Counted from the stretch's first letter, positions 1-10,563 are shown. The stretch is DNA of 64,000 bases from an uncultured Acidobacteriota bacterium (GCA_963713825.1 CAVQNG010000014.1:224001-288000); one strand, 5' to 3'. Notes: generated by a model from the sequence alone, not told the origin. A program made the numbers and translations.

Positions 1-800
1 TCTTGGCGTGCCTCGACGTCGAATACCACGACTTCGCCAGCTCGAGCGACAGAGACGAGGGCTCGGGTACCGTCAGGGGTCATGGCCACCCGAATCGGAA
101 AACCATCACAGGCAACAGTCTCCCGAACTTCGAGGCTCCGCGAATCGAGAATACTGATGGTGTCTGCGGCTCGATTGGTGACCCAGACTTCGCTACCGTC
201 CGGGGTGACTGCGATCCCTTCGGCTCCTTCGCCGGTCACCAGGTCCGCCAGCTTGGTGCCCGTTGCGAGATCGATGGCGGTGACGGTTCCGGACCCGATG
301 CTGGCGACGAAGGCGCGCTCACCGTCCGGAGTAACCGCCACCATGTGCGAGATCTCCTGTCCTGTGAACACCTGTTCGAGGACAGTGCCCGCCTGGATGT
401 CGACGACCAGAAGATGGGCGCTGCCCTCGGTGGTCACCGCGACTCGGTTGCCGCCGATCCAAGCCAGGCCATGAGGCCTCGAGTGTTCCCCGAGATCGAC
501 GGTGCGCAGAACCTTGGCGGCAGGGATATCGACGACTGTCAGGCTCGAGCCGGGCTGTTCTCGATTGCCGTAGTTGCTGATGACAGCCAGCTCCCCGTCC
601 TCTGAGACCGCGATTTCGTGAGGCGCCGTGCCGGTGGGCAGAGTCGCCTTCGACTTTCCCGACTCTAGATCGATCAGATCGACCGTGTTGTCGGTTTTGT
701 TTGCCACCAGGAGAGTCTGAGCTGCACTACCGGAGGGCAACAAGATGGTGGCAGAAAGGATCGCTGCTGCGAGCACTGAAAGACGCGTCGATCGCTGCAT
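1..800 (-). CDS. YVTN/YncE-like beta-propeller secreted protein (runs off left edge; not in supplied ORF track)
   Basis: Manual translation from ATG at 800: signal peptide MQRSTRLSVLAAAILSATILLPSGSAA, then LLVANKTDNTVDLID, TGTAPHEIAVSEDG, HMVAVTPDGERAFV, GAEGIAVTPDGSEVWVTN blade repeats; GGAG upstream. Confidence 0.85.
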   Translation of the reverse strand, partial: MQRSTRLSVLAAAILSATILLPSGSAAQTLLVANKTDNTVDLIDLESGKSKATLPTGTAPHEIAVSEDGELAVISNYGNREQPGSSLTVVDIPAAKVLRTVDLGEHSRPHGLAWIGGNRVAVTTEGSAHLLVVDIQAGTVLEQVFTGQEISHMVAVTPDGERAFVASIGSGTVTAIDLATGTKLADLVTGEGAEGIAVTPDGSEVWVTNRAADTISILDSRSLEVRETVACDGFPIRVAMTPDGTRALVSVARAGEVVVFDVEARQ

Positions 801-982
801 GAGAGGCTCCAGGTTGCATTGAGCAGAGGGTTGCTGTCACATTCAAGTCGTGTTTGTCCCAAGAAGGTCGGGGGTGTAATCCTAGCTGATCGTGGCTTCG
901 AAGCAGTCTCGAGATCCGTCGGCTGTCGATGGGAGTAGACTTTAGGCGAACGACTCGGCGTTGCAAGACAAGGAGATCGGAG

Positions 983-1693
983 ATGGCGACCAAGCTTGCA
1001 CAAGGTAACCGGGACATTGCCAGATTGGTGGAGAAGCAGCTCCGAAACTGGGAGCTGAGTAGGCAGCAGCGGCCGACGACTGAGATGGCAGTGCCCCAAC
1101 AGGCAGAGGACTTTGTCTGCATATCCAGGCAGGTGGGAATCCACGGGGAGGAGGTGGCTGCAAGAGTCGGTGCAGCGCTGGGCTGGCCGGTGTTCGGCCG
1201 CGAGGTGCTGGAGGCCATGGCCGGCAACGACGAGCACCGGCGCCACATCTACGCCTCGATGGACGAGCGGGATCTGAGTTGGTGGGAGGAGACCCTGAGA
1301 TCGCTGATGGAGGGCGAGTTCGTCAGGAACGACTACTACCGTCGCCTATGCGAAACGCTGCTGTCGCTGGCAAGTCGGGTCAATACGGTCTTTCTGGGTC
1401 GGGGAGCCGATCTGATCCTGCCACAGGAGCGTGGTTTCCGGGCTCGCCTGGTAGCCCCTGAGTCGGAGCGTGTTCGTCAGTTCGCTGCGATGGCGGATCT
1501 CCCTCTCGACCAGGCAGGGTCGGAATTGAGACGGATCGGGCAGGAGCGAACCCGGTTCTTCCACCGGCACTTCGGAGTCGGCCCCGACGATCCCATGCGT
1601 TACGACATCACCCTCAACCTGGCTCGGCTCTCTCTCGACCAGGCGGCCGAGATCATTCTCCAGGCCCGAGCTCTCCAACGGGGCGAGAGCTGA
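983..1693 (+). CDS. Cytidylate kinase-like family protein (Cytidylate_kin2 type, degenerate P-loop)
   Basis: ISRQVGIHGEEVA, VFLGRGADLIL, YDITLN motifs; AGGAG upstream of ATG 983. Confidence 0.8.
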   Translation: MATKLAQGNRDIARLVEKQLRNWELSRQQRPTTEMAVPQQAEDFVCISRQVGIHGEEVAARVGAALGWPVFGREVLEAMAGNDEHRRHIYASMDERDLSWWEETLRSLMEGEFVRNDYYRRLCETLLSLASRVNTVFLGRGADLILPQERGFRARLVAPESERVRQFAAMADLPLDQAGSELRRIGQERTRFFHRHFGVGPDDPMRYDITLNLARLSLDQAAEIILQARALQRGES

Positions 1694-1740
1694 GATCGCC
1701 TGCAGATAGTCCGGTCGGGCCTGAGGCGGGCAACACTCCT

Positions 1741-2904
1741 GTGGGTCGAGACGGTGATCAGCCGGGTACCGGCGATGGTGGACTGCTTTTCAGTCTGACC
1801 CGCGGTGCGACGATCGTCAGCCCGAATCGGTCCTGCTCGATGACCTTCGACCGAGAGGGTCGGCTGCATCTCTATTTCAGGCAGGGTTCGACCTACAAGC
1901 GTAGCTTGGCGAGCGAGCTCCACCTGCGGTTTCAGGAGCAAGGACGGCAACGAAGAGAGCTCTCCTCCGATGCCGCCAGGGAGGTCTTCAACGAGGCGTA
2001 TGGTCTGGCGCTAGAGGTTGCAGGTCGGGCGGATGGAGAATTGAGATCCCGTCTGCACGACGAAGTACTCCCCTGGACCGCGGCAAGACTGATGGCGGAG
2101 CGCGACAGATTCCTGTCGTGCTACCGGCCCATCTCGATTCTGCCGCCGGATCAGTATCTGTCGATCGTGCTTCAGGCAACGGAGGGCTGCAGCTGGAATC
2201 AGTGCACGTTCTGCAGCTTCTACATGGACCGGCCGTTCAGGGCGCGCTCGGTTGACGAGTTTCGCGACCATGCGAAAGGAGTGAAGAGGCTTCTCGGCAG
2301 GGGTATCGAGCTGCGCCGGGGGATCTTCCTGGCCGACGGCAACGCATTGGCACTGTCACTGAGACGGCTGGAGCCGATGGTCCGAGTCGCTCACGAGGTT
2401 CTTCCGAACAGATCTCTCTTCGGGTTCGTCGATCTCTTCAGTGGCGAGCGGCGACCAGCCGAACACTGGAATCGCCTTGCCACACTGGGGCTCGAGCGGG
2501 TCTATATCGGCATGGAGACTGGCCTCGACGAGCTTCTGAAGGTCGTCAACAAGCCCGGTTCTGCGGCCGAGTTGGTCGATTTTGTGGCTGAGCTGAAGGC
2601 TGCCTCCCTGAGTGTATGTCTGATCGTCATGGTTGGGCTGGGTGGACGCGATTACAGGTCCGAGCACGCACGGGCTAGCCTCGAGGTGTTGAAGCGACTC
2701 GCTCTCGACGAGCGTGATCTGGTCTACCTCTCTCCTTTCGTCGAGCAGTCTGCAGGCGTGGGGGGCTCGGTGCCGCTGGTTGAGAGGGGCCTGACACCGA
2801 TGACCGAGTCCGAGATCGAAACCGAAGTGGAGGACTGGGCCAGGCGAATTCGGAGGATGGGTCTGAAGACGAGCCGGTATGACATCCGTGAGTTCATCTA
2901 CTGA
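1741..2904 (+). CDS. Radical SAM protein with N-terminal extension
   Basis: GCSWNQCTFC (CX4CX2C), FLADGNAL, RVYIGMETG, IVMVGLGG. Confidence 0.85.
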   Translation: MGRDGDQPGTGDGGLLFSLTRGATIVSPNRSCSMTFDREGRLHLYFRQGSTYKRSLASELHLRFQEQGRQRRELSSDAAREVFNEAYGLALEVAGRADGELRSRLHDEVLPWTAARLMAERDRFLSCYRPISILPPDQYLSIVLQATEGCSWNQCTFCSFYMDRPFRARSVDEFRDHAKGVKRLLGRGIELRRGIFLADGNALALSLRRLEPMVRVAHEVLPNRSLFGFVDLFSGERRPAEHWNRLATLGLERVYIGMETGLDELLKVVNKPGSAAELVDFVAELKAASLSVCLIVMVGLGGRDYRSEHARASLEVLKRLALDERDLVYLSPFVEQSAGVGGSVPLVERGLTPMTESEIETEVEDWARRIRRMGLKTSRYDIREFIY

Positions 2905-2926
2905 CCTGCCGACTTCGGTAGGTCAG
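2901..2926 (+). terminator. GC-rich hairpin over radical SAM stop codon (possible terminator or stability element)
   Basis: CTGACCTGCCG-ACTT-CGGTAGGTCAG, 11-bp stem with one G-U; no U tract. Confidence 0.3.
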
Positions 2927-3058
2927 AGCTTCGGGCCGGGAATCGCTGTTGGTTAGGATGCGATCCCCGATTCTTGCCGCCCCGGCCCTTGCCTTGGGCG
3001 TTATGGGACGGTAAGTTGAGCGACAGCGTTTCTTCTTCCAGCAGTAGGAGTCAGTGAG

Positions 3059-4933
3059 ATGAGTGCAGAAACCCCTCTTCCCCGTGAGATGAAACCATCC
3101 CGCTATATCGAAAAGGTGAGTCTCATCACCGGTGAGACTCTCGACGAGGAGATTCTCCCGAAGCACTTGCTGGTCCAGCACCATCGCGACTACCACCTGG
3201 TGGACATTCACGCGCGTCACATGATGAGTCGCGTCGTCCGTGAGACAGGAAGTCCGGATGAGGCACGCAAGAGGATGCGCGAGGTGCGGCGCAAGGGCCA
3301 GAAAGCGGCCGAAGTTGTGGCGAGACTGATTGGCCAGTCGGACTCCTCCAAGGTATCGAAAGCGCTATTCGGGCTGAAAGAAAAGGAGTACTACTTCCGT
3401 TTCAAGAAGTCTCAGGGCGAGGAAGAAGATATCGATCGGCGACTGCTAGAGCTTCGTGAGGAAGCTGCAGCCCAACTAGAGAAAGTCTCGGTTGAGGGGA
3501 GGCTGGCTCTGCGGGTCCTGCTGACGGGCGGTACCGGCTTCGTAGGCAAGGAGATCATCTGGCAGGCGGCTCACGACGATGACATCGAAGAGTTGATCGT
3601 CGTGATTCGGCCTCGGCGGATCCTCGATCGCAAGACTGGGGAAGTGGTGAAGACGGTGAGCCCGGCCGAGCGAGGGGAGCGGCTTCTCGATCGACTGTGG
3701 CTCGAGACGCCCGAAGCGCGTGCCAAATTCACCTTCGTGGAAGGCGATGTGGAGCAGCCGAATCTGGGTATCGACGACCAGGTCCTGGAGGAGAAGGGGC
3801 CGAGCATCACCCATGTCGTGCACTGTGCAGCTAGCGTCGCCTTCGACGACCCCTACGAGAAGTCGTTCCGCACCAATGTGATGGGGACTCTCAATGCCTT
3901 GCAGTTCTCCAAGGACCTGCAGTCGCTGAAAGAAAGCTCCTTCGTGGCCCATCTGGGCATCGAGACCTCCTACATCCACGGCCGCAAAGTGACGGGTCTT
4001 GCTCGGGAAGCTCAGGTGGTCTTTCCGCGCAACTTCTACAACAACTACTACGAAGCCACCAAGGCGATGGCCTCCTTCGACACCGAGCGGTTCATGCTGG
4101 AGCAGGGCTTGCGCGTCGTGCAGCTGTGTCCAGCCATTGTGATTGGAGAGACTCGGGCCGGTAACAACCGGGGAGATTCGAAGGTTGTGAATGCTCCCGT
4201 CAACCTGTTCGGCCGGGCGCAAGAGGCACTGACCTCTCAAGAAGGAAGTTGGATGGACCGCTCCAAGGGGGCAATGCTGGCCAAGATGGCCTGCGTGTTT
4301 CCGGCCGACCCTACGGCGGAGCTCAACCTGGTGCCGGTGGATCGAGTCGTGGCGGGAATTCTGGCCGCCTTGAAGAAGCCGGGCGCAGTGGGCGAGAGGA
4401 TCCACCTGGCTGGCGACCATCGGATCACCTCACACCAGATCGCCCAGATCGTGCAGGAAGAATTGGGAGTCAAGGTGAAGCTGGCGGAACCGACGCTACA
4501 CCGGACCGTCACCCTGCCGATTGTGACGAAGGTCTTGAAGACCGCGAAGCAGGACACGATTGCCAACGCTTTGGACAAGCTTGGCACCATATTCGCCGGC
4601 TACAGCGAGTGGGGACAACCGATCCACCAGGTCGGCAACGACGTGAAAGTTCTGGGATTGCCGACGCCACGCCCCAATACCGAGCATGTCTTCCGTCTCC
4701 TTTGCCGGCACAATCGCTTCGTCCAGGAGTTCGGAAAAGTACGCGATCTGGATGAGATTTCTCGGCGGGAGAAAGCCTGGTGGGAGTTCATGTTGGGATT
4801 GGAGAGTGAGACTGGAATGCCGGTCGGAGCCATACCGGCCGACAAGTTCCACGTCATGATGGCCGAGCGACTCGATATCGAGAGCTTCACTCCGCAGACC
4901 AGTAGGACGATCGACCCTAGCCAGGGGGGTTGA
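3059..4933 (+). CDS. Extended SDR, fatty acyl-CoA reductase / thioester reductase-like, with ~150 aa unassigned N-terminal domain
   Basis: LLTGGTGFVG, EGDVEQPNLGI, VVHCAASVAF, NVMGT, NYYEATK (YxxxK), LNLVPVDRV. Confidence 0.8.
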   Translation: MSAETPLPREMKPSRYIEKVSLITGETLDEEILPKHLLVQHHRDYHLVDIHARHMMSRVVRETGSPDEARKRMREVRRKGQKAAEVVARLIGQSDSSKVSKALFGLKEKEYYFRFKKSQGEEEDIDRRLLELREEAAAQLEKVSVEGRLALRVLLTGGTGFVGKEIIWQAAHDDDIEELIVVIRPRRILDRKTGEVVKTVSPAERGERLLDRLWLETPEARAKFTFVEGDVEQPNLGIDDQVLEEKGPSITHVVHCAASVAFDDPYEKSFRTNVMGTLNALQFSKDLQSLKESSFVAHLGIETSYIHGRKVTGLAREAQVVFPRNFYNNYYEATKAMASFDTERFMLEQGLRVVQLCPAIVIGETRAGNNRGDSKVVNAPVNLFGRAQEALTSQEGSWMDRSKGAMLAKMACVFPADPTAELNLVPVDRVVAGILAALKKPGAVGERIHLAGDHRITSHQIAQIVQEELGVKVKLAEPTLHRTVTLPIVTKVLKTAKQDTIANALDKLGTIFAGYSEWGQPIHQVGNDVKVLGLPTPRPNTEHVFRLLCRHNRFVQEFGKVRDLDEISRREKAWWEFMLGLESETGMPVGAIPADKFHVMMAERLDIESFTPQTSRTIDPSQGG

Positions 4934-4961
4934 GCTCTGGACGGGGCCCAGTTTCAGCTGC

Positions 4962-5786
4962 TCAATCGCGGTGTTCGCCCGAGTGGCCCGACCAGGACTT
5001 CATTCCGGTGGTGACTCCCATCAAGTCGGCCAATCCATCCGAGAGGAACCGGGGCAGGACTCCCTTCAAGAGTGGAGTGAGCTTGACCAACCAGGGCTCG
5101 AGAACCAGATCCTGGCCCTCCAGGATCGCGGTTCTCACCTTGTCGACCAGCTCTTCGGGCTTGAGAAAGGGCATCATGAGCGGGGGCTGGACGCCCTCGA
5201 ACATCCCTGTGTCGACGTAGCCTGGGCAGACGGTCGTGACCCCGACGTGGTCGTGACCTAGTTCCTTCATCTCCTGACGGATCGATTCGGTGAATCCCAG
5301 TACGGCCCATTTGCTGGAAGCGTAGGTCGAGCCCCAGGGAAGAGCCACGAGCGCGGATGCGCTGCCGATGTTCACGAGATGGCCTTCCTCGGCGGCGATC
5401 AGATCCGGTAGGAAGTTGTAGGTCATGGCTACGACCCCCTCGACGTTGACACGGTAGGTGAGGAGGTGCTTCTCGAGCGGCAGCTCTAGGAAAGGCCCAC
5501 CAAAGACGACTCCTGCGTTGTTGACAAGAACATCGATCGGGCCGATCTGGTCGTGCACGGTCTGTCGAAACTCGCCAAGGGAATCGGTGTCGGTGACGTC
5601 CACCGTAAAGACCGAGCACGTGAGCCCCTCTTGTTGGAGGCTTTCGCGGGCTCTCTCGAGCTCGGCGGTGTCGAGGTCGGCAAGGAGGAGCTGGCTGCCG
5701 TCCTGTCCCAGTCGTCGAGCGATGGAATAGCCGATACCGCGAGCTCCACCGGTGATGAGAATCAGCTTGTCACGGAGGCTCTTCAT
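4962..5786 (-). CDS. Classical SDR oxidoreductase (retinol dehydrogenase/17beta-HSD11-like)
   Basis: ITGGARGIG, LVNNAG, YASSK, VCPGYVDTGMF; GGGAG upstream of ATG 5786. Confidence 0.9.
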   Translation of the reverse strand: MKSLRDKLILITGGARGIGYSIARRLGQDGSQLLLADLDTAELERARESLQQEGLTCSVFTVDVTDTDSLGEFRQTVHDQIGPIDVLVNNAGVVFGGPFLELPLEKHLLTYRVNVEGVVAMTYNFLPDLIAAEEGHLVNIGSASALVALPWGSTYASSKWAVLGFTESIRQEMKELGHDHVGVTTVCPGYVDTGMFEGVQPPLMMPFLKPEELVDKVRTAILEGQDLVLEPWLVKLTPLLKGVLPRFLSDGLADLMGVTTGMKSWSGHSGEHRD

Positions 5787-5938
5787 ATCCAATCTCCCAC
5801 TTGTGTGATTGCATGTCGGAGCAACGGAACCTGGTCGATTCAGCCTAGCATGACGGCGGGCGATCGGTGACCCAGTCGGGCCCGATTGGAATGCGCTAGA
5901 CTCGATGAGAGACTGCCACCACCCGAAAGGAAGAAGAA

Positions 5939-8149
5939 GTGAAAGACGTTCTTGTTGTCGATCTAGACGAGGGCGCCGAGGTTCTGGAGCTGTCTTTCCG
6001 AGGTGAGGATGTGCGTCTGGAGCGTCGCGGATGTTCCGGTGACCTGACTGCAGCCGCCAGCCTGATCGCGGCTTTCGATGGCAAGGTGGATGTGATCGCG
6101 CTCGACGGCGTGCCCCTCCATCTCGAGCTGGGAGCGGCGTCTCGACCCTACGCGCCTGCCTCCGGTCTGGCGACGGCCGCCTCCCGGACGCCTCTTGTCG
6201 ATGGCTCTGGCATTCGTTCCGCGCTCGAGCGCTGGAGTGTCACTCTCGTCGATCGAGCAGAACCAGGGATCTTCAGCCAGAAACGCATCCTGATGGTGCC
6301 GGGCCTGAACCACGTCGGGCTGACGCAGGCGCTGGCGCGCCGGTCACCGCATCTGAGATTCGCGGATCCGGAGGTGTTCTTTGGGCTGCCGAATCTGCCT
6401 GGGGTCGGGAGCCAGCACACGCTGCATCAAACCGAGAACCTGGTTCTGAGCCGTTTGCAGAGTGCCAGTGTGTCGCGGCTCGTTCCTGTGCCGGGCGAAG
6501 AGCCTGGTCTGGAGACTTCGGCCCGTTTTCGGTGGGCGGACCTGCTCGCCGGTGATGTCCGCATGATCCGGCGATACGCGCCGTCGAATTTACGGCACAG
6601 GACGGTAGTGGTGCCTTATGCAACATCGGAGGACATCGAGGATCTAGCCGAGCGTGGGGTGTCGATTCTGGTAACCCTGATGCCCGCTGTTGGGCCGGCG
6701 ACGGATCTCGCAGGGCTATCGGCAGCAGTGGTCGAGGCTCTCTGCGTGGCCACCATCGATCGACCTCATCTCGAATCTTCCGAAGGCACCTATCTGAATC
6801 TCCTGGCCGAGTTGGATTGGCGACCTGGGATTCGATACCTGCAGGACGAGGAGGCTGGAGTCAATCGATTCGCTTTCGTCCTTCACCCTCTCAACGTAGA
6901 TCAGATTCATCAGCACCCGTCCTTTCGCTGGACCAGGCACCTGCCGGACGCTCTGGTAGAGAACGTTGCTGCCTACCTGCCACCTTTCTATATCTCTCGG
7001 ATCACGGGTGCACAATCCCCGACGACGCAACAGCGGGTCGAAGGGCATCTCATCAGTCTGGGGGCGACTCCGAAGCAGATGCTGAGGAGGGGTGAGCGCT
7101 TCACCTACGCTCGTCTGAACCAGGCCGCGCGGCTGGCGGAACGTCTTGGTTGCAGGATCATGGGACTGGGAGCATTCACGAGCGTGGTCGGTGACGCAGG
7201 AGTCACCGTGGCCCATGAAACCGACATCGCGGTCACCAGCGGCAACAGCCTGACCGTCGCGGCGACGCTGGAAGCCGCCAAGCGAGCGGCCGTTCGAATG
7301 GGCCTGACCGACCTGACCCGTGGTCGCGCGATGATCATCGGGGCTACGGGCTCTATCGGTTCCGTGTGTTCCCGACTCATCGCCCAGGCCATCAAGGACG
7401 TCGTCCTGGTTTCCATCGAGCCTGAGAAACTAATCGATCTCAGGCGCACCATCGAGTCTGAGACGCCCGGCGTTCGGGTGAGCATTGCGACCAGGCCAGG
7501 AGGCTTGGTCGAGGACTGCGACCTGATCGTCACTGCGACATCGGCTTTCGGCCAGCGCATCCTGGATATCTCCGACTGCAAACCAGGGGCGATCATCTGC
7601 GATGTCGCCCGACCACCGGATATCAGCGAGGCCGAAGCGGCCCTGCGCCCCGACTTGTTGATCATCGAAAGCGGTGAGGTCTATCTGCCCGGCGAAGTGG
7701 ATTTTGGCTATGACATCGGCTTGCCGCCGAAGACGGCGTACGCCTGTCTCGCGGAAACGGCACTACTGGCCATGGAGGGCCGTTTCGAGGACTACACTCT
7801 CGGACGGTACATCGAGATGGACCGGGTCAAGGAGATCTTCAGGCTGTTCAAGAAACACCAACTGGAGATCGCTGGCCTGCGCTCCTTCGGTCATCTGCTG
7901 ACCGAGGAGGATTTCTGTCGCCGACGGGAGCTTGCCGACCGGCTTGGAGAAGATCCAGCCGGATTTGCTGCAGTTCGAGCCGCAGCGCGAACCGGCCTGG
8001 AGCGGATTCCCCGGACGTCCAAAGGGGTGAAGGGGGACAACTCGAGTTCAGCAGTCGGGTGGATTGCCGCTGCGGGAGCTGTGGGTATTGCTGGGTTCTG
8101 GCTGGGGCGTCGCCGCCGGAAGAGAAGATCGACAGTCTCTCGAACCTGA
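5939..8149 (+). CDS. Fusion: unassigned N-terminal domain + acyl-ACP reductase-like (COG5322-type) domain + C-terminal membrane anchor
   Basis: [44 protein letters not shown] (matches AAR FACFAE catalytic Cys); hydrophobic helix then RRRRKRR at C-terminus. Confidence 0.75.
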   Translation: MKDVLVVDLDEGAEVLELSFRGEDVRLERRGCSGDLTAAASLIAAFDGKVDVIALDGVPLHLELGAASRPYAPASGLATAASRTPLVDGSGIRSALERWSVTLVDRAEPGIFSQKRILMVPGLNHVGLTQALARRSPHLRFADPEVFFGLPNLPGVGSQHTLHQTENLVLSRLQSASVSRLVPVPGEEPGLETSARFRWADLLAGDVRMIRRYAPSNLRHRTVVVPYATSEDIEDLAERGVSILVTLMPAVGPATDLAGLSAAVVEALCVATIDRPHLESSEGTYLNLLAELDWRPGIRYLQDEEAGVNRFAFVLHPLNVDQIHQHPSFRWTRHLPDALVENVAAYLPPFYISRITGAQSPTTQQRVEGHLISLGATPKQMLRRGERFTYARLNQAARLAERLGCRIMGLGAFTSVVGDAGVTVAHETDIAVTSGNSLTVAATLEAAKRAAVRMGLTDLTRGRAMIIGATGSIGSVCSRLIAQAIKDVVLVSIEPEKLIDLRRTIESETPGVRVSIATRPGGLVEDCDLIVTATSAFGQRILDISDCKPGAIICDVARPPDISEAEAALRPDLLIIESGEVYLPGEVDFGYDIGLPPKTAYACLAETALLAMEGRFEDYTLGRYIEMDRVKEIFRLFKKHQLEIAGLRSFGHLLTEEDFCRRRELADRLGEDPAGFAAVRAAARTGLERIPRTSKGVKGDNSSSAVGWIAAAGAVGIAGFWLGRRRRKRRSTVSRT

Positions 8150-8175
8150 TTGCAGTGCGCCTGATCCAAGCCGGA

Positions 8176-10563
8176 TCAGAGGTCGTCGAGAACTTCGCGG
8201 ACCTTGTTGGCCAGGCCGTCGGGAGTGAAGGGCTTCTCCAGAAAATTGGTTTCCGGATCGAGCTCGCCGTGGTGAGTCAGGACATCGTCGCTGTGTCCAG
8301 AGACGAACAGGACTCTGAGGTCGGGCCGGGCGGCCAGCGCCTCTTCGGCGAGTTTGGCGCCGCTCATTCCGGGCATGATTACGTCCGTCAGCAGGAGGTG
8401 AAGTGGGTCCTGCATTCCGTCGAGCATCCGCAGAGCCTGGTCACCATTGGCCGCCGCGATGACGCGGTAACCGATGTTCTCCAAGATCTTGCTTGCCAGG
8501 GTTCTCACACCGTCCTCGTCTTCGACGAGGAGGATGGTCTCTGTACCCGGGGAGTGGCCCGTCTGTTCAGTCACTGGCCGCTCCTGAGTCGTAGCCTTGT
8601 CGATGCGTGGTAGGTAGATCCTGAATCGGGTTCCCTTGTTGGGCTCGCTGTCGACCCAGATGTATCCGCCGCTCTGCTTGACGATGCCGTAGACCGTGGA
8701 CAGGCCGAGACCCGTTCCCTTGCCTACTTCCTTCGTGGTGAAGAAGGGCTCGAAGATCCTGGACTGATCGTGGGTTGGTATGCCTCGGCCGGTATCGGTG
8801 ACGGCCAGCATCGAGTAGGGACCTTCGATGACTTCGTAGTTGCCGTCGCTGTAGCTCGGATCCAGTCGCTCATTGGCGGTCTCGATGGTGAGGCGGCCGC
8901 CGTCGGGCATCGCATCTCGAGCGTTGACCGCCAGATTGACCAGAACGAGCTCCAACTGACTGGGGTCTGCCTTGACCCAATCGAGCACGGGCTCGAGCTC
9001 GGTTTCCAGCTCGATGTTCTCGCCGACGAGCCGGCGCAGCATGTTACTCATGTCGCAAACGACGGTATTGAAGGTCAAGACCTCCGGCACCATCATCTGC
9101 TTCCGGCTGAATGCCAACAGCTGCCGGGTGAGGGAGGCGGCGCGGCGAGCCGCCTTGCTGACCTCGTCGATCTGCCCACGCAGCTCGTCTCTGGGCGACA
9201 GCTCCCTGGCCATGAGCTCGACGTTGCCGATGATGACGGTCAGCAGATTGTTGAAATCGTGTGCGATTCCGCCAGCCAACTGACCGACGGCTTCCAAGCG
9301 CTGAGCGCGTCTCAAACGCTCTTCGCTTTCCACCAGTGCTTCCTGAGCGTCCTTCCAGGAGGAGATGTCTCTAGCGACTCCCAGGACAGCCTTGGGTCGG
9401 CCCTGGTCGTCCCTGAGCAGGGTCATCTTGACTTCGCACCAGAGGGGAGCTCCGTTCTTGTGGACCAGCTCGAGGTCCAGGGTCCGAGTGCGGGAATTGC
9501 CGGTCTCGATTTCCTGCTCGAACCGCAGCTCCTCCAGCAGCGTGTCCCGGGCCAGTGGGAAGGAACCCGGAGCCAGGAGCTGACTGAGGTCGAGGCCAGG
9601 AACTTCGCCAGGCTCGTAGCCGAGAAGCCTCCGGATCGAGGGACTGACGTAGGTGATCTGTTGATCCAAGTCCATTGTCCAGATGACGTCAGAGATGGCT
9701 TCGGTGAGCAGAAGGTAGCGCTCTTCGCTCTGCCGCAGTTTCTCTTCGGCTCGCCGTCGCTCGGAGATATCGCGGCCGACGGATTGAATCTCTACGAGGA
9801 TCCCCTCCTCATCGAAGATTCCTTGATCCATCCATTCCTGCCAATAGACGATGCCATCGGCGGTGACGACGCGGTGTTCGTCCATCGCAGTAGGTTTTGT
9901 GGCCGACAGACCTGCGATCTTGGCTCGGACGGTGTGGCGGTCCCGCTCATGGACTCGAGGGAAGAGGCTTGTTCCGAGAATCGCGTCCCGAGGCTGATCG
10001 AAGAATCGGCAGTACGCATCGTTGACGAACGTATGAGTGCCGTCGGGAAGCCACCTGACGATGAACTCGGTCTGCGTCTCGATGAGACTTCGATACCGTG
10101 CCTCGCTGCGCTTGAGGGCACGAATGGTGTGCCTTTGCTCGGTGACATTGCTGCAGCTGACTGCAAGCGCGCTCAGCCCCGGCTCGGTGAGGACAGGTGC
10201 GACGCGGACCTCCAGGCTCCAGATGCGTCCGTTCTCGGTCCGGTACTCGATTTCGCAACGATCCTGGATCTTTCGGTCGATGACTCTCTGCAGGCAACTG
10301 TTCAGGTCGTTGCGAAAGCGGATCGGCAGAAGAGAGGCGATCCTGTGGCCGACCATCTGTTCCATCGACAGGTCTGGGAATGGACGGTTGGCGGCCAGAA
10401 TCGTACCTTCCAGATCGAGAAGAAGGAGGAAGTCCGGTGCGTGATCGGAGAGCGCTCGCCTTTCTCGATGGGCCCAGTCGGAGCCCGGATGACTCGGGGA
10501 CCGCGATGAGTCGTCGGAACGCGCACCGTTCGGGGCGCTCGAGCTGTAGGTACCGTTGCTCAT
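8176..10563 (-). CDS. Hybrid histidine kinase, 3 PAS + HisKA + HATPase + receiver (CckA-like)
   Basis: GIAHDFNNLL, NLAVNARDAM, FEPFFTTK, GTGLGL, LLVEDE...DVIMP...KPF. Confidence 0.93.
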   Translation of the reverse strand: MSNGTYSSSAPNGARSDDSSRSPSHPGSDWAHRERRALSDHAPDFLLLLDLEGTILAANRPFPDLSMEQMVGHRIASLLPIRFRNDLNSCLQRVIDRKIQDRCEIEYRTENGRIWSLEVRVAPVLTEPGLSALAVSCSNVTEQRHTIRALKRSEARYRSLIETQTEFIVRWLPDGTHTFVNDAYCRFFDQPRDAILGTSLFPRVHERDRHTVRAKIAGLSATKPTAMDEHRVVTADGIVYWQEWMDQGIFDEEGILVEIQSVGRDISERRRAEEKLRQSEERYLLLTEAISDVIWTMDLDQQITYVSPSIRRLLGYEPGEVPGLDLSQLLAPGSFPLARDTLLEELRFEQEIETGNSRTRTLDLELVHKNGAPLWCEVKMTLLRDDQGRPKAVLGVARDISSWKDAQEALVESEERLRRAQRLEAVGQLAGGIAHDFNNLLTVIIGNVELMARELSPRDELRGQIDEVSKAARRAASLTRQLLAFSRKQMMVPEVLTFNTVVCDMSNMLRRLVGENIELETELEPVLDWVKADPSQLELVLVNLAVNARDAMPDGGRLTIETANERLDPSYSDGNYEVIEGPYSMLAVTDTGRGIPTHDQSRIFEPFFTTKEVGKGTGLGLSTVYGIVKQSGGYIWVDSEPNKGTRFRIYLPRIDKATTQERPVTEQTGHSPGTETILLVEDEDGVRTLASKILENIGYRVIAAANGDQALRMLDGMQDPLHLLLTDVIMPGMSGAKLAEEALAARPDLRVLFVSGHSDDVLTHHGELDPETNFLEKPFTPDGLANKVREVLDDL

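Noticed and set aside
3-605. 200-aa plus-strand ORF
   Set aside because: Antisense shadow of the minus-strand YVTN propeller gene (1..800).
8770-10509. 579-aa plus-strand ORF
   Set aside because: Shadow of the hybrid kinase; long antisense ORFs are expected at high GC and it has no motifs.
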